Notes under the pieces: model-generated
The model's input: only the letters and a program-made list of their open reading frames with translations
Database searches by the model: none
Told to the model about the DNA's origin: nothing
In this document: in pieces, positions 41,947-54,154 of the stretch
Layout: the number at the start of each line of letters is the position of its first letter
Position numbering within the stretch: position 1 is the first letter of the stretch
Assembly (NCBI GenBank): GCA_043786595.1
Contig: JAYVVW010000167.1
Span: 1-58,818 of the forward strand
Direction: 5' to 3'
DNA length: 58,818 nucleotides
From: Sphingomonadales bacterium
GTDB lineage: Bacteria > Pseudomonadota > Alphaproteobacteria > Sphingomonadales > Sphingomonadaceae
Program-made: the position numbers and the translations under genes

Positions 41947-43590
41947 GTGACAATTCCCGGCAATGAACTGCTTTTTCTCGCGCTTGGTGGATCTGATGAA
42001 ATTGGCATGAACGTCAATCTCTACGGCTGCCAGGGCAAATGGATCATGGTCGATCTCGGCATGACCTTTTCGGGCGGCGAATATCCCGGCGTTGATCTTG
42101 TTCTGCCCGATCTTGAATTCATAGAGACGCATAAAAAGAATTTGCTCGGCATTGTCCTGACGCACGGGCATGAAGACCATATCGGCGCGATCCCCTATCT
42201 CGCGGCTGACCTTGGCGTCCCGCTTTATGCAACGCCGTTTACCGCAACGCTGATCCGCGGCAAGCTTGAAGAAGAAGGCATTTCGGATCAGGTCGAACTC
42301 AACGTAATCCCGCAAGGCGGCAGTTTTGATCTTGGGCCGTTCGGTCTGCGCTACATCACTTTGGCGCATTCGATTCCCGATATGAACGCGGTAGTGATCG
42401 ATACGCCTTACGGCCGCGTGTTCCATACGGGCGACTGGAAACTTGACGACGCGCCGGTGATCGGCGACGCGCTTGACCCCGCGACGCTCACCAAGATCGG
42501 CGATGAAGGCGTGCTCGCGCTTGTTTGCGATTCGACCAACGCGTTTAACGCCGAAGAATCGGGAACCGAAGGCAGCGTGCGGGCTGATCTCGAACGTGAG
42601 GTGAAGGCTGCCAAGGGACGCGTGCTGATTACCAGCTTTGCTTCAAACGCAGCGCGGCTCCAGACGCTTTATGACGTGGCAAAGGCAAGCAAGCGTCAGC
42701 TTTGTGTGGCGGGGCGGTCGCTTGACCGGATCGTACGCGCCGCACAGGCGAACGGAATGCTCAAAGGCTTTCCAGCAGCAATGGATTTCGATTCAGCGAT
42801 GCGCCTGCCGCGAAATCAGCTTATGATCGTTGCAACAGGCGGGCAGGGTGAAGCGCGCGCTGCGCTTGGCCGGATCGCGATGGATAACCACCAGCTCAAG
42901 CTCGACGAGGGCGACACGGTCATTTTCTCATCAAAACAGATACCGGGCAATGAAAAGGCAATCGGGGCGATCCAGAATGCGTTGGCTCGCAAAGAGGTGG
43001 TCATGATCACCGAAAAACAGGCGCATGTCCATGTTTCGGGCCATCCTGGCCGACCCGAACTCAAGACAATGTATGAATGGATCCGTCCAAAGCACTTGAT
43101 CCCGGTTCACGGCGAACGCCGCCATATGGCAGAGCAGGCGCGATTTGGCCGCGCGTGCGGTGTGCCCAATGCGCTCGTCCAGTCAAACGGCGATGTCGTG
43201 CGACTTGCGCCGGGCAAGCCCAAGATCGTCGGGCGCGAACGAACCGGGCGGCTGGTGCTTGACGGTGATGTGATCCTGCCCGCCGACGGCAGCACGATCA
43301 ACGAGCGGCGGCGGATTGCGGCGAACGGAGTCATCTCGGTTGCGGTTGCCGTCACGCGCGGCGGCGCACTTGCGGCCGACCCTGAAATCCGGCTGCAAGG
43401 GATACCTGTTGAGGAAGACCGCGACGAATTCGTGCGTGAAGCCGAAGACGCGGTCGTCAAGGCGGTCAAAGCGGGCGCAGCCAATGATGACAAGCTGCGC
43501 GAATCGCTCCGCCTTGCGGTACGCCGCTGTGCGTCATCGTGGACGGGCAAGAAACCCGTCGTCGATGTCATGTTGCTGAGGACGGCCTGA
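41947..43590 (+). CDS. rnj: Ribonuclease J
   Basis: GG..EIG.N, THGHEDHIG, DSTN, HVSGH, PVHGE. Confidence 0.94.
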   Translation: MTIPGNELLFLALGGSDEIGMNVNLYGCQGKWIMVDLGMTFSGGEYPGVDLVLPDLEFIETHKKNLLGIVLTHGHEDHIGAIPYLAADLGVPLYATPFTATLIRGKLEEEGISDQVELNVIPQGGSFDLGPFGLRYITLAHSIPDMNAVVIDTPYGRVFHTGDWKLDDAPVIGDALDPATLTKIGDEGVLALVCDSTNAFNAEESGTEGSVRADLEREVKAAKGRVLITSFASNAARLQTLYDVAKASKRQLCVAGRSLDRIVRAAQANGMLKGFPAAMDFDSAMRLPRNQLMIVATGGQGEARAALGRIAMDNHQLKLDEGDTVIFSSKQIPGNEKAIGAIQNALARKEVVMITEKQAHVHVSGHPGRPELKTMYEWIRPKHLIPVHGERRHMAEQARFGRACGVPNALVQSNGDVVRLAPGKPKIVGRERTGRLVLDGDVILPADGSTINERRRIAANGVISVAVAVTRGGALAADPEIRLQGIPVEEDRDEFVREAEDAVVKAVKAGAANDDKLRESLRLAVRRCASSWTGKKPVVDVMLLRTA

Positions 43591-43595
43591 CCGCG

Positions 43596-43865
43596 ATGCA
43601 ATGGACGTCAGCGCTCGCTATCTATTTATTGTTCTGGGTGCTGTCGGCGTTTCTTATCATGCCGTTCGGCGTTCAAACCGCCGATGAGATGGGGCATGAT
43701 AAAGTGGCTGGACAGTCCGAAAGTGCGCCCGCCAATTTCAACCCGGGCCGCATCCTTATCCGCACGACAATGTTGTCGGTCGTCTTGTTCGGGCTTTTCT
43801 ATCTGAATTATGTGAATGACTGGATCAGCGCCGACCTGCTTGATCTCACCGCGCGCAAACAGTGA
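43596..43865 (+). CDS. DUF1467-like small membrane protein
   Basis: AIY.LFW...F..MPFG and SAP motifs; position after rnj. Confidence 0.75.
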   Translation: MQWTSALAIYLLFWVLSAFLIMPFGVQTADEMGHDKVAGQSESAPANFNPGRILIRTTMLSVVLFGLFYLNYVNDWISADLLDLTARKQ

Positions 43866-46163
43866 TCAATGGCGCAGACGTTCAATTGCTTGGGCGAGCG
43901 CGACGTAGAGTTTGCCCGTGTCCGATGAGAGCAATGTCACGCTGAGCGGGGTACCATCGCGCGTGGCGAGGATATTACGCAGCATCGCTTCAAAGTCATG
44001 GATGTAACGATTGACCTGTTCGCGGAACTCGGGTTCGGCATCATAGTGGCGGCCGATCTCACGCACTTCGCCTGCGTCAAGCAGCTTGACCGCGCGGCGC
44101 GTAAACACCCCGCGATCACCGCGCAGATAGGCCGCCCATGCGATGTCGGTAACTTCATTCGACAAAATCTTGGTCACATCAATCGCAGTTGAATTGAGCG
44201 ATTCGACGAGCAGCGCGACGCGGCGGGCAAAGTTCGCCTGATCGCTGCTTTCAATGTCCTGCTTTGCCTCGGTGATACGGCTTTCAAGCGCCGCGCTGGT
44301 GTCGGCTATCGTGAGCATCTGACGCATCAATCGGTCAGTGGCTTTCTGTGCCGAAGACACGGCGTCTTCAGAGGTTTGCGCAATTGCCGCAAGTTGCGTT
44401 TCAACTTGATCGGTCAGCGCTGTGAGAAGCGCTTCACGGCTCTTTTCACCGAGCGACTTTGCCGATTGGTCGATGATGTCAGCAAATGCGTTCCTTACGT
44501 GAAGGCTCGCTTGTGATGCTGTTTCGCGCACGCGCACGAGCGATTCGACAAGCTGCGGCGCGGTTGCGTCGGTTAACTGTTTTGCATCAGCCGCAGCGAC
44601 GGCGATGCTCGTCGCGAGTTCTTCGGCACCTTGCCGCGCTTGCGTCAACTGTTCGAGCGTGAGCGCGGCGACATTTTCAAGCGCGACGCGCTGACGGTTG
44701 ACGACAGTTTCAGATTCGCTGAGTTGAGACAGCGCAGTTTGCGCGTGAGTGGCAAGTTGCGAAACGATCGGAGTGGCGGCGTGTGCGGTTTCGATGCTGC
44801 TGCGCGCCTGCGCTTCGAGCTTGGCATAGGCGGCGGGCAACGTCTGATCGATTTCATTGCTGACCCCGTTGAGCGCGGTCATCAGCGATTCAACCTTGTC
44901 AACGAGCGCGTTCGCCGTGTCGCCGCCGCCGCTCAGCGCGTTTGACAGGTCGTCTGCGTGATTGCGGAGCGCGCCGATTGCGGTGCCAAGTCGTTCGGTG
45001 CGCTCAATCCCACTAGCATCAAATGCCGAAAAGCGTGTTTCGATCGCACCAAGGTCTTCGCTCATCCGCGCCATCAATCGCTCGCTCGCCGCGTCCTGTG
45101 CCGCAAAAGTGAGCGCGACCTTGTCAACTTGTTCCGAAATCAGCGTGATCCGCTGAGCGATCGCCTCGGTTGATTCCGCGCCAGTCTTCGACATTGCCGC
45201 CTGATTTTGTTCAACCATGGCAAGCATAGCGGCGCCTTGCGCTTCCATGCCTTGCCGTGCCGTCTGAAGCGCCTCTGCGGCGCGCTCAAGCGCCTCATCA
45301 ACGGCACCGGTCATCTGACCAGCAGCTTGCTCCAAACGTGCGCCTGCGACCTCGCTGACGCCCTCCATGCGTGACAGGTGAGCCGCAAGCTTTTGTGCAG
45401 CGTTGCCCGCGATTTCATCGGCTTCACGTCCGCGCACCGTCAGCAGCGACAATTGCGCGTCAAGTGCGCCTGCCTTTTCATGCGCGGTCAGCCCGGCCTC
45501 TTGAAGTGCGGCAACCATCTGGCGTGTCTGAACTTGCGCCTTGGGCAGATTGGCAAGCAGAACCGCCAAATCACCGCGTGCCGCTGCCGCTGCGCCTTTG
45601 AGGATTTGCATGTTCTGCGCGATCGTTTCGATTTCTGCCTGTATCGTCTCGGTGGTCAGTTTGAGCCGTTCGGATGCCCCCTCACCGACGCGCGACAACA
45701 GGTCGCTCTGTTCGGCCATCGCGACGCGGTTGGTGTCGAGCCGACCCGCGATTGTCCGCAGTGTCGCTTCCAGCCGTTCTTCCTCGCTGCGAAGCGCGCT
45801 TGCGGTATCGAGAAAGCGACGTTGTTCGCCTTGGCCCGAGCGGTTGATGGCAATGCCCAATATCGCCAGAAGCACAAGCGGGCCAGCCGCTGAAGCTATG
45901 AATTCCACGACGGTCGTCGCGGACACAGTCGCCGTACCAGAAGCCAAAAAGCGTGAGAATGCCAGTGCGCCAACCCAGCCAAACGCTATTGAAATCGCAA
46001 GACCACTCGCCATTCGGCGACCCCATTGCGACGTCGCTAAAGCACCCGCACTTTCGCTATCATCTTGATCATACGCAATCGGCGATACGTCAGGTGCTTC
46101 GACCTGATCGTGAGCCGCGTCCCGGTCGCGCCAAAGGCCGACTACAGAATTTCCCCCAGACAT
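43866..46163 (-). CDS. Two-TM long coiled-coil protein, TipN-like polar landmark candidate
   Basis: Two N-terminal TMs, apolipoprotein-like helical body, C-terminal W..Y..G..GVFTRR...FRE.V.RYI.DFE...S..GKLY. Confidence 0.65.
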   Translation of the reverse strand: MSGGNSVVGLWRDRDAAHDQVEAPDVSPIAYDQDDSESAGALATSQWGRRMASGLAISIAFGWVGALAFSRFLASGTATVSATTVVEFIASAAGPLVLLAILGIAINRSGQGEQRRFLDTASALRSEEERLEATLRTIAGRLDTNRVAMAEQSDLLSRVGEGASERLKLTTETIQAEIETIAQNMQILKGAAAAARGDLAVLLANLPKAQVQTRQMVAALQEAGLTAHEKAGALDAQLSLLTVRGREADEIAGNAAQKLAAHLSRMEGVSEVAGARLEQAAGQMTGAVDEALERAAEALQTARQGMEAQGAAMLAMVEQNQAAMSKTGAESTEAIAQRITLISEQVDKVALTFAAQDAASERLMARMSEDLGAIETRFSAFDASGIERTERLGTAIGALRNHADDLSNALSGGGDTANALVDKVESLMTALNGVSNEIDQTLPAAYAKLEAQARSSIETAHAATPIVSQLATHAQTALSQLSESETVVNRQRVALENVAALTLEQLTQARQGAEELATSIAVAAADAKQLTDATAPQLVESLVRVRETASQASLHVRNAFADIIDQSAKSLGEKSREALLTALTDQVETQLAAIAQTSEDAVSSAQKATDRLMRQMLTIADTSAALESRITEAKQDIESSDQANFARRVALLVESLNSTAIDVTKILSNEVTDIAWAAYLRGDRGVFTRRAVKLLDAGEVREIGRHYDAEPEFREQVNRYIHDFEAMLRNILATRDGTPLSVTLLSSDTGKLYVALAQAIERLRH

Positions 46164-46243
46164 AGACTATGCTTAACATGAAAATCGCAAATGCAAAACT
46201 TTGTTGAAACACTTCGTTAAGGATACCCTCATAAGTTGGTCAC

Positions 46244-46543
46244 ATGGCTTATGATTTTGGTGCTCTGGATGCTTCGGTATCCGCCGCTGTTGGCGATGAT
46301 GAAAAGCTTGCACGCGAAATCCGTGCCGCGTTTATTGAGGGCGCGCGTTCGCATGTCGATTTGCTGTCGCGCGCGCGCTGCGACGCCAATTGGCGCGTGT
46401 CTGGCCATAGGTTAAAGGGGCTTGCGGCCAGCTTTGGCGCAACCGGTTTGATGCAAGCAGCCGGATTTGCCCTCGAATCCGCCCCGGGTGATCCCTACGC
46501 CCTTCGCAAGGTTCAGCGGGCGCTTGCCGCAATTGACGGCTGA
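46244..46543 (+). CDS. Hpt domain protein
   Basis: HRLKGLAASFGA phosphotransfer motif. Confidence 0.85.
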   Translation: MAYDFGALDASVSAAVGDDEKLAREIRAAFIEGARSHVDLLSRARCDANWRVSGHRLKGLAASFGATGLMQAAGFALESAPGDPYALRKVQRALAAIDG

Positions 46544-46617
46544 GCCGGTGTGAAACGCTTTTCAAAAGCGTAGCAACGCCCTATCAACCCGTTTGAACAC
46601 GGGGTTAGGGAAATCAT

Positions 46618-47778
46618 TTGCCGTTGGCAGCGCTTATCATCGCGGGAGGGGAGACTGCGCCGGGCGCGGCCCCGTCGTTGCTGCCTGTCGTGGGACAAAC
46701 ATTGATCGAATATCAGGTGCGGACGGCACGGGCGAGCGGCGCGCGCCATATCGTTGTGCTTGTCGATCAGATGCCAGCCGGGCTCGTTGCCGCATTCGAT
46801 CGGTTGCGCGGCGACGGGATCGATCTTGATGTCGCACGGGATATCCGCGATGCGGCTGACCGGATTCATCCTGACGAACAGATTTTGCTCGTCATGCCCG
46901 CGATTTTCACAAGCCGTCTTGTGATGGAGACTTTGGCTCAGCAATCGAGCGTTGCGCTGCTGTGCGCCTCTGAAAATTCAAGTGATGCCGCGTTTGAACG
47001 GATCGATGCACGTGACCGCTGGTCTGGTCTGGCGCTGCTCAATGGCAAGCTGCTGCGTGAAACCGTTGCGATGCTTGGTGACTGGTCTGTGGGATCAACA
47101 TTGCTGCGGCGGATGCTTCAATCGGGTGCGGAGCGCCGCTATCTGGGAAGCGATGATTTCCTTGAAATCGTCGATACGTCAGGTCAGGCGCAAGCGGCGT
47201 CGGCGACATTGTTGAAACGGGTCATGCCAACAGCCGCGATGGGATCAGACCAGCGTGTGATCGCCGCGCTTGCACGGCCGTGCGCGCGGCCTTTGCTCGA
47301 ACAGCGTGTTCCGATTGATCTTCTCGTTGCGCTGCCGTTTGTCTGTTTGGGCGCGGCGCTCATTGTCGCAGCGCTTGGCTGGTTCCTGACGTCGTTTGTA
47401 TTGTTTCTCATCGCCATTATTGCGGCGGGCATCGCGACGCTCGGAACGCATGTCGCGTCAATTGAATCAAAACCATTGCTCCGCTTCGCCGAAACGCGTT
47501 TGCTTTGCTATGCGCTGCTACTCTTGAATCTGGCATGGTATATTGGGGGCACATGGACGGCGCTTATCCTTGCTACATGGTCGGTTTCGCAGCTTTTGCT
47601 CGGTGCGCCGACGGTCGACGACGTCTGGCGTTCGACCCCTGAACGCGGCGCGGTCATCATGTGTGTTGCGCTGATCGCTGGTTACCCGATCCTTGGCCTA
47701 GGCCTGCTCGTCATTCACGGTTTGATGGGGCAGATTGCACACCGTTATTTCGCATCCAAAAATTTAGCGCGTCCTTAA
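46618..47778 (+). CDS. Hypothetical protein: nucleotidyltransferase-like N-terminus with C-terminal TM helices
   Basis: ALIIAGG..LLPVVGQTLIE N-terminus; hydrophobic C-terminal third. Confidence 0.6.
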   Translation: MPLAALIIAGGETAPGAAPSLLPVVGQTLIEYQVRTARASGARHIVVLVDQMPAGLVAAFDRLRGDGIDLDVARDIRDAADRIHPDEQILLVMPAIFTSRLVMETLAQQSSVALLCASENSSDAAFERIDARDRWSGLALLNGKLLRETVAMLGDWSVGSTLLRRMLQSGAERRYLGSDDFLEIVDTSGQAQAASATLLKRVMPTAAMGSDQRVIAALARPCARPLLEQRVPIDLLVALPFVCLGAALIVAALGWFLTSFVLFLIAIIAAGIATLGTHVASIESKPLLRFAETRLLCYALLLLNLAWYIGGTWTALILATWSVSQLLLGAPTVDDVWRSTPERGAVIMCVALIAGYPILGLGLLVIHGLMGQIAHRYFASKNLARP

Positions 47779-47780
47779 CC

Positions 47781-49217
47781 ATGACACGCCTAAGCTCTGC
47801 CAATGAAAATGAGCCGTATGAAATCCGTCGCCCGGTGAGCGTCTCTGCACGGCCTTTTGTCGTGACTGGATCGGTTGACGCCAGCGGACAATTGGTTGCA
47901 GCCGATGCGCGGTTACTCGCGCTCAATCGGCAAGCGGGCGGCGATGACAATGGGCCGATTGCGATTCCGCAACTGGCCACGCTGACGCGCATGGCGCGTA
48001 CTTTGGGCGTGACGATTTCGCGTGCAATCATTGTTGCCGACGGTGACATCGACCGAGAACTCATCGTCAACGCGTCACCTTCTGGCGCGTTGATCAATCT
48101 CTTGATTTCAGGTTGGCAGGTGCGAGAGGCACCCATGCCGTCGGCCGCAATGCAGGCTGATCGTGCGCACTATTACACCCAATTTGAAACCGACGGCTTA
48201 TGGACCTGTGATGCGCGACTGCGGCTGTCACATGTCCCGGTCGCTCTGGTTGCGCTTTGCGGGGTAAAGCGTGGCACGGCGACAGATTTAGAGATGACCA
48301 AGCTCTTTCACCTTGTTGAAAATGACGATGGAAGTTTGCCACTGTTGACGGGCTGCGCGAGCCGTGTGGCGTTTGCGGGTCAGATGGCTGACCTGCGCGA
48401 TGCGCCTACGATTGGCCTGAGGTTGCACGGTTTGCCTCTATTCGCAGAGACCGGCGAGTTTGAAGGCTTTTCAGGAGGGTTTGCTTTTATCAATCGCGCG
48501 CATTCGCTGCCGACGATTGCGTCGCTGATCGATCAACATGTCGAAAACGACGATGCCGGTAACGCCGTCGAGCAAGCGTTGCGCCGCCCGGTTGTACAAA
48601 TTATTGCTCAGGCTGATCAGCTTGCATCGCGACAATCGGGGCCGCTGCGCGCTGAATACACCACTTATGCCCACGACATTTCGGCGGCTGGTCGCCATCT
48701 GCTCGGGCTGATTGACGATATCTCCGATCTTCAGACGGTCGAGCATCCCGCATTTCGCACGGTCGAGGATCGCATCGATCTGGCTGACATTGCACGTCGT
48801 TCGGCCAGTTTGCTGCGCGTGCGCGCGTCTGACCGAAACGTGCGGATCGATGCGCCATCGCTAGACGAGGTCATCATGGCCACGGGCGATTTTCGCCGTG
48901 TTTTGCAGATTATCGTCAATTTGCTGAGCAACGCCGTTCGCTATTCGCCGCCCGGATCAAGTGTGTGGATCAGAAGCGAAATCGAGGGTGATCTCGCCGC
49001 GATCATTGTCGCTGATCAGGGCAAAGGCATCGCGCCTGAGGATCAGCTGCGCGTGTTCGATAAATTCGAACGTGTCGACACGACCGAGCCCGGCGGAACA
49101 GGTCTAGGGCTTTACATTTCACGCAAGCTCGCGCGCGCGATGAACGGTGATATCAACGTCGATAGCGCACCGGGGCAGGGCAGCCGTTTCGTCCTGACAC
49201 TGCCCGCCGCGCTCTAG
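47781..49217 (+). CDS. Cytoplasmic histidine kinase-like protein with a degenerate H-box
   Basis: Intact N, G1, F and G2 boxes ([25 protein letters not shown]); start may be GTG 47835. Confidence 0.8.
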   Translation: MTRLSSANENEPYEIRRPVSVSARPFVVTGSVDASGQLVAADARLLALNRQAGGDDNGPIAIPQLATLTRMARTLGVTISRAIIVADGDIDRELIVNASPSGALINLLISGWQVREAPMPSAAMQADRAHYYTQFETDGLWTCDARLRLSHVPVALVALCGVKRGTATDLEMTKLFHLVENDDGSLPLLTGCASRVAFAGQMADLRDAPTIGLRLHGLPLFAETGEFEGFSGGFAFINRAHSLPTIASLIDQHVENDDAGNAVEQALRRPVVQIIAQADQLASRQSGPLRAEYTTYAHDISAAGRHLLGLIDDISDLQTVEHPAFRTVEDRIDLADIARRSASLLRVRASDRNVRIDAPSLDEVIMATGDFRRVLQIIVNLLSNAVRYSPPGSSVWIRSEIEGDLAAIIVADQGKGIAPEDQLRVFDKFERVDTTEPGGTGLGLYISRKLARAMNGDINVDSAPGQGSRFVLTLPAAL

Positions 49218-50500
49218 CGATTGTTTACCGAAACATAGTCACGCTGCGTGGCGCCAATGTAAAGCTGGCGCGGACGACCGATCTTCTGTTCTGGATCCGA
49301 AATCATTTCATTCCATTGTGCAACCCAGCCGACCGTCCGCGCCAGCGCAAAGAGCGCGGTAAACATCGTCGTCGGGAAACCGATCGCCGAAAGGATAACA
49401 CCCGAATAAAAATCAACGTTGGGAAACAGTTTCTTTTCGATGAAATAGGGATCGCTCAACGCCATTTCTTCAAGCTGCAACGCAACCTCAAAGATCGGAT
49501 CGGTTACGTTGAGTTCCTTCAATATTTCGCGCACGGTCTGCTGCATCACAGTCGCGCGGGGGTCATAATTTTTGTAAACGCGGTGTCCAAAGCCCATCAG
49601 CCGAAACGGATCATCCTTATTTTTCGCGCGCGCGATATATTCGGGGATCCGGTCTGGCGTGCCGATTTCGCGCAGCATGTTGAGTGCGGCTTCGTTCGCG
49701 CCGCCGTGGGCCGGCCCCCACAGGCAGGCAATCCCCGCCGCGATGCAGGCAAACGGGTTTGCCCCCGATGATCCCGCCAAACGCACGGTTGATGTCGACG
49801 CATTCTGTTCATGATCAGCGTGGAGGATGAATATCCGGTCCATCACCTTTTCGACGATCGGATTAACCTCATAATTTTCGGCGGGCACACCAAATGTCAT
49901 CCGCAAGAAATTGCCCGAATAGCTCAGGTCATTCTTGGGATAGACGAAAGGCTGGCCGATCGAATATTTATAAGCCGCCGCCGCAATCGTCGGCATCTTT
50001 GCGATCAGGCGGTGCGATGCAACCATACGCTGATGCGGGTCGGTAATATCGGTCGAATCGTGATAAAATGCCGAAAGCGCGCCGACAACGCCGCACATGA
50101 TCGCCATCGGATGCGCATCGCGGCGGAAACCACGGTAAAACTGCATCAATTGTTCATGCAGCATCGTGTGGCGTGTGATCGTGTTTTTGAAGCCGGTCAG
50201 CGTATTGCTATCGGGTAGCTCGCCGTTGAGCAGCAGATAGGCGACTTCCATGAAGCTTGATTGTTCGGTCAGTTGGCCAATCGGGTAGCCGCGGTGGAGG
50301 AGGACGCCCTCGTCACCGTCAATATAGGTGATCGCCGATTCGCAGCTGGCGGTTGAAGTAAAACCGGGATCATAAGTGAAAGCACCCGTCTGCGCATAAA
50401 GCTTGCGGATGTCGACGACATCGGGCCCGACGCTGCCCTTGAGTACATTCAATTCGAGACTTTTGTCGTAAATTCCGAACTTTGCCAAAACGTCGCTCAT
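49214..50500 (-). CDS. gltA: Citrate synthase (type II)
   Basis: [33 protein letters not shown]. Confidence 0.97.
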   Translation of the reverse strand: MSDVLAKFGIYDKSLELNVLKGSVGPDVVDIRKLYAQTGAFTYDPGFTSTASCESAITYIDGDEGVLLHRGYPIGQLTEQSSFMEVAYLLLNGELPDSNTLTGFKNTITRHTMLHEQLMQFYRGFRRDAHPMAIMCGVVGALSAFYHDSTDITDPHQRMVASHRLIAKMPTIAAAAYKYSIGQPFVYPKNDLSYSGNFLRMTFGVPAENYEVNPIVEKVMDRIFILHADHEQNASTSTVRLAGSSGANPFACIAAGIACLWGPAHGGANEAALNMLREIGTPDRIPEYIARAKNKDDPFRLMGFGHRVYKNYDPRATVMQQTVREILKELNVTDPIFEVALQLEEMALSDPYFIEKKLFPNVDFYSGVILSAIGFPTTMFTALFALARTVGWVAQWNEMISDPEQKIGRPRQLYIGATQRDYVSVNNR

Positions 50501-51942
50501 AAAATGTCCTTCCCCTGAGCTGCGCCGCCTAATGAGGCGACAGCGTCAATCGCATCACATATCCGCCCCAGAGACTCCTCTTTGCCGAGAAGCATCAGAA
50601 CGTCGAAAATACCCGGCGAAGTCGTACGACCAGTCAGTGCAGCGCGCAATGGCTGAGCGACCTTGCCAAGTCCCAATCCAGCATCATCCGCAACCCGACG
50701 CACCGCAGTCTCAAGCGCAGTTTCGTCCCACACAGTACAAGCGGCGAGCGCCGCATGGACAGAGTCGAGCAGCGTTGCCGATCCGCCTTGTAGCAGAGTT
50801 TGTGCCGCTTCGTCGAGAGCAAGCGGGCGCGCACCGAATAGAAAAAGCGCAGCATCGGCTAACTGGAGCGTCGATTTGGCGCGCGCCTTCAGGAACGGCA
50901 TGGCCGAAGTCAGCAACGCACGCGCAGTGCCCGCAAGTGCAACGCCCGTTGACGCGCCAATCAGGGGTGCCACGATCGCAGCAAGCCGCGTATCGTCGGC
51001 ATCGCGCAGATAATGGCCATTGATATTTTCGAGCTTTTTGAAGTCCATCCGCGCAGGGGCTCTGCCAACATGCTCGATTTCAAACCATTCGACCGCCTGT
51101 TCACGGCTGAAAATCTCATCGTCGCCGTGGCCCCAGCCAAGACGTGTGAGATAGTTGGTCAACGCTTCGGGCAGATAGCCGAATTCATCGCGGTACGCTT
51201 CAACACCCAACGCGCCGTGGCGTTTTGAAAGCTTTGCGCCGTCAGGGCCGTGGATCAGCGGCACATGTGCATAGACCGGCTCACGCCAGCCCATCGCGCG
51301 AATAAGCGCGAGTTGCCGGAACGCGTTGTTGAGATGATCGTCGCCGCGGATCAGGTGCGTAACGCCCATATCCTGATCATCAACGATCACCGAGAGCATG
51401 TAGGTCGGCGAACCATCCGAACGGAGCAGCACGAAATCATCAAGCTCGGCGTTGTTGACTGTGACCGAGCCCTGCACCCGATCTGCGATTGTGACCGAAC
51501 CAGTTTGCGGCGCCTTGAACCGGATGACGAACGGCGAGCCAGGAGGCGCATCAGCAGCGTCGCGGTCACGCCAGCGGCCATCATAGCGCAGCGGCAGTTT
51601 CTTTTCGCGCTGTTCGGCGCGCATCGTTTCTAGCTCTTCGGGCGTCGCGTAGCAGCGATAGGCATGGCCGTTTTGAAGCAATTGATGCGCGACCTCGGCA
51701 TGGCGCGTTGCTCCCTCAGACTGATAAACCACGTCGCCGTCCCAATCGAGATCGAGCCAGCGTAGCCCGCTCAAGATCGCATCCTTGGCTTCCTGCGTTG
51801 ACCGCGCGACATCGGTATCTTCGATCCGCAACAGAAATTTTCCGCCGCAATGCCGCGCATAGAGCCAGTTGAATATCGCCGTGCGCGCGCCGCCAATGTG
51901 GAGGAAGCCCGTCGGTGAGGGGGCAAATCGTGTGACAACCAT
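50497..51942 (-). CDS. gltX: Glutamate--tRNA ligase
   Basis: [13 protein letters not shown] and KLSKR motifs; start may be slightly upstream (GTG 51966). Confidence 0.96.
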   Translation of the reverse strand: MVVTRFAPSPTGFLHIGGARTAIFNWLYARHCGGKFLLRIEDTDVARSTQEAKDAILSGLRWLDLDWDGDVVYQSEGATRHAEVAHQLLQNGHAYRCYATPEELETMRAEQREKKLPLRYDGRWRDRDAADAPPGSPFVIRFKAPQTGSVTIADRVQGSVTVNNAELDDFVLLRSDGSPTYMLSVIVDDQDMGVTHLIRGDDHLNNAFRQLALIRAMGWREPVYAHVPLIHGPDGAKLSKRHGALGVEAYRDEFGYLPEALTNYLTRLGWGHGDDEIFSREQAVEWFEIEHVGRAPARMDFKKLENINGHYLRDADDTRLAAIVAPLIGASTGVALAGTARALLTSAMPFLKARAKSTLQLADAALFLFGARPLALDEAAQTLLQGGSATLLDSVHAALAACTVWDETALETAVRRVADDAGLGLGKVAQPLRAALTGRTTSPGIFDVLMLLGKEESLGRICDAIDAVASLGGAAQGKDIL

Positions 51943-51990
51943 GCTATCTTCTTTGCTTGCGTCCACGACGAAACTCTCCAAACTGCGAAC

Positions 51991-54147
51991 ATGCCAAATG
52001 CGACAACAAGCGCGGCCCCTAGCATGACGTTTGCAAGGCTCCAAACCGCAGTGCCGCCATTTTTTGCGCGGGTCGGCAACGGCGTCGAGCTTTGGCTTGA
52101 ACGTGAGCATGATCAGATGGCGTTGTGGCTGCCTGCACTGTTTGGCACCGGGATTGCGGCGTGGTTCGTCCTGCCCAACGCACTGGGCTGGTGGGGGGTG
52201 ATTTTGCTCGGTTGTGCAATCGCTGCGATTGGGCTGGTTACAGGTCGCAAGCGGCGGATATCGCGGCTGCTGCGGTGGGCTGGCCTGTGCATTGCGGCGG
52301 GATGCGCACTGATTTGGTGGCGCGCGGAAAGCGTTGCTGCGCTTGTGCTTGATCGACCGCAAATTGTGCAACTGAGCGGGACAATCACGCGTGTTGACGC
52401 ACAGATATCCAAGCAGCAATCACGCCTTTGGATCAAGACCGAGACGGCCACGCTGCCGCCGCTCATGCGCGTTACTGTAAAGGATGAAAATGCGTTCGCC
52501 GGGATGGTGGCGGGTACCCGCATCGGCCTGCGTGCGCGTCTTGTTCCGCCGTCGCCAGCGGCTGTACCCGGAGGATATGACTTTTCGCGCAGTGCGTGGT
52601 TTTTGGGGCTCGGCGCAACGGGCAGCGCCTTGGACAAAGTTGTTCGGATTGGCACTGCACCGCTTGTCCAGAAGGGGCTGCGTGAACGGCTGTCATCGCA
52701 TGTTCGCGGGCAATTGAGCGGCAGCGCGGGCGGCATCGCTGCGGCGTTCGCCTCGGGTGATCGCGGGGGAATTTCCGCAGAGGATGAGGAGGCGATGCGC
52801 GCAAGCGGGCTGACGCATCTGCTCTCGATTAGCGGCCTGCACATTACTGCTGTCGTCGCGGCGACCATTTTTGCCGTATTGCGACTGCTCGCTCTGAGCC
52901 CTGCTTTGGCGCTGCGCCTGCCACTGCCGATCATCGCAGCGGGTGTCGGCGCGCTGGCGGGCGTCGGCTATACGCTGTTGACGGGCGCTGAAGTCCCGAC
53001 GATCCGGTCGTGCGTCGCTGCGCTTCTGGTGCTTGGTGGTATGGTGTTGGGTCGCGAAGCCATCACGCTGCGGCTGGTCGCGACGGGCGCGATCATCGTT
53101 CTGTTGCTCTGGCCCGAATCGCTTGTCGGGCCGAGCTTTCAACTGAGCTTTGCAGCGATCACGGTCATCGTCGCGCTCCACGAACATCCCGTGGTTCAGC
53201 AGATGACGCTCCGCCGCGATGAAGCGAAATTGCGCGCATGGGGCAGGGCAATCGGATCGTTACTGTTGACGGGGCTGGCAGTTGAAGTCGCGCTGGCACC
53301 GATTGCGCTGTTTCATTTTCACAAATCAGGCGTTTACGGCGCACTCGCCAATGTGATTGCAATTCCGTTGACGACCTTTGTCACGATGCCGCTTGAGGCG
53401 CTTGCGCTGGCGTTTGATCTCATCGGCCTGGGTGCGCCATTCTGGTGGCTGACGGGGCTGTCGCTCGACCTCCTGCTCTGGCTGGCGCGAACGACGGCTG
53501 CATTGCCCGGCGCAGTCGCTGTCATCCCCGAAATTCCCGTCGCGGCATTCGCATTGCTTATCGGTGGCGGGCTTTGGCTGATGCTGTGGAAAGCGCCCAT
53601 CCGCTACGCTGGCCTTGGTCCGATCGTCATCGCGGCGCTTTGGGCGGTGTTGTTACCCGCGCCAGATATGCTCATTACCGGCGATGGCATGCACCTGCTC
53701 GCACGCACCGATGCAGGGCAGTACGCATTGCTACGTCCGCGCACGGGTGATTATATCCGCGATGTGCTGTCCGAACGATCGGGTGCACGCGATCCGCTTG
53801 CCGATCTAGACTCCGTCAAAGGTGCACAGTGCAGCAGCGATCTGTGCGTGATGGCGCTGACTCGAGGCGGCAAAATATGGCGGATTGCCGCCACGCGCAG
53901 CAATTATCTGCTACCCTGGAAGCCGTTCATCGCGACGTGCCAATCGGTCGATATCTTCGTCAGTAGCCGCCGATTGCCACCACAATGCCGCGCACGCTGG
54001 ATCACCGCAGACCGACTATTCCTCAAAGAAACAGGCGGCCTCGCAATCAATCTTAACAATGGGAAAGCGGATCAAGTGATCAATCCGCATGACGACCATC
54101 CATGGCGGCGTCACCCAATTTCAAAGAGCAACCGCGAAGCGCGGTGA
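51991..54147 (+). CDS. comEC: ComEC/Rec2 DNA-uptake membrane protein
   Basis: [17 protein letters not shown] and SFQLSF motifs. Confidence 0.92.
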   Translation: MPNATTSAAPSMTFARLQTAVPPFFARVGNGVELWLEREHDQMALWLPALFGTGIAAWFVLPNALGWWGVILLGCAIAAIGLVTGRKRRISRLLRWAGLCIAAGCALIWWRAESVAALVLDRPQIVQLSGTITRVDAQISKQQSRLWIKTETATLPPLMRVTVKDENAFAGMVAGTRIGLRARLVPPSPAAVPGGYDFSRSAWFLGLGATGSALDKVVRIGTAPLVQKGLRERLSSHVRGQLSGSAGGIAAAFASGDRGGISAEDEEAMRASGLTHLLSISGLHITAVVAATIFAVLRLLALSPALALRLPLPIIAAGVGALAGVGYTLLTGAEVPTIRSCVAALLVLGGMVLGREAITLRLVATGAIIVLLLWPESLVGPSFQLSFAAITVIVALHEHPVVQQMTLRRDEAKLRAWGRAIGSLLLTGLAVEVALAPIALFHFHKSGVYGALANVIAIPLTTFVTMPLEALALAFDLIGLGAPFWWLTGLSLDLLLWLARTTAALPGAVAVIPEIPVAAFALLIGGGLWLMLWKAPIRYAGLGPIVIAALWAVLLPAPDMLITGDGMHLLARTDAGQYALLRPRTGDYIRDVLSERSGARDPLADLDSVKGAQCSSDLCVMALTRGGKIWRIAATRSNYLLPWKPFIATCQSVDIFVSSRRLPPQCRARWITADRLFLKETGGLAINLNNGKADQVINPHDDHPWRRHPISKSNREAR

Positions 54148-54154
54148 CGCGGTA

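Noticed and set aside
51943-52419. Long N-terminal extension of GltX in the ORF track (likewise for pgk, nuoA, nuoJ and efp)
   Set aside because: Artefact of taking the most upstream start; the extensions overlap neighbouring genes or intergenic DNA and the conserved domains begin later
51991-54147. comEC as a dedicated part of the nuo cassette process
   Set aside because: gltX-comEC-lexA is ordinary alphaproteobacterial synteny; DNA uptake could supply cargo but nothing here links them
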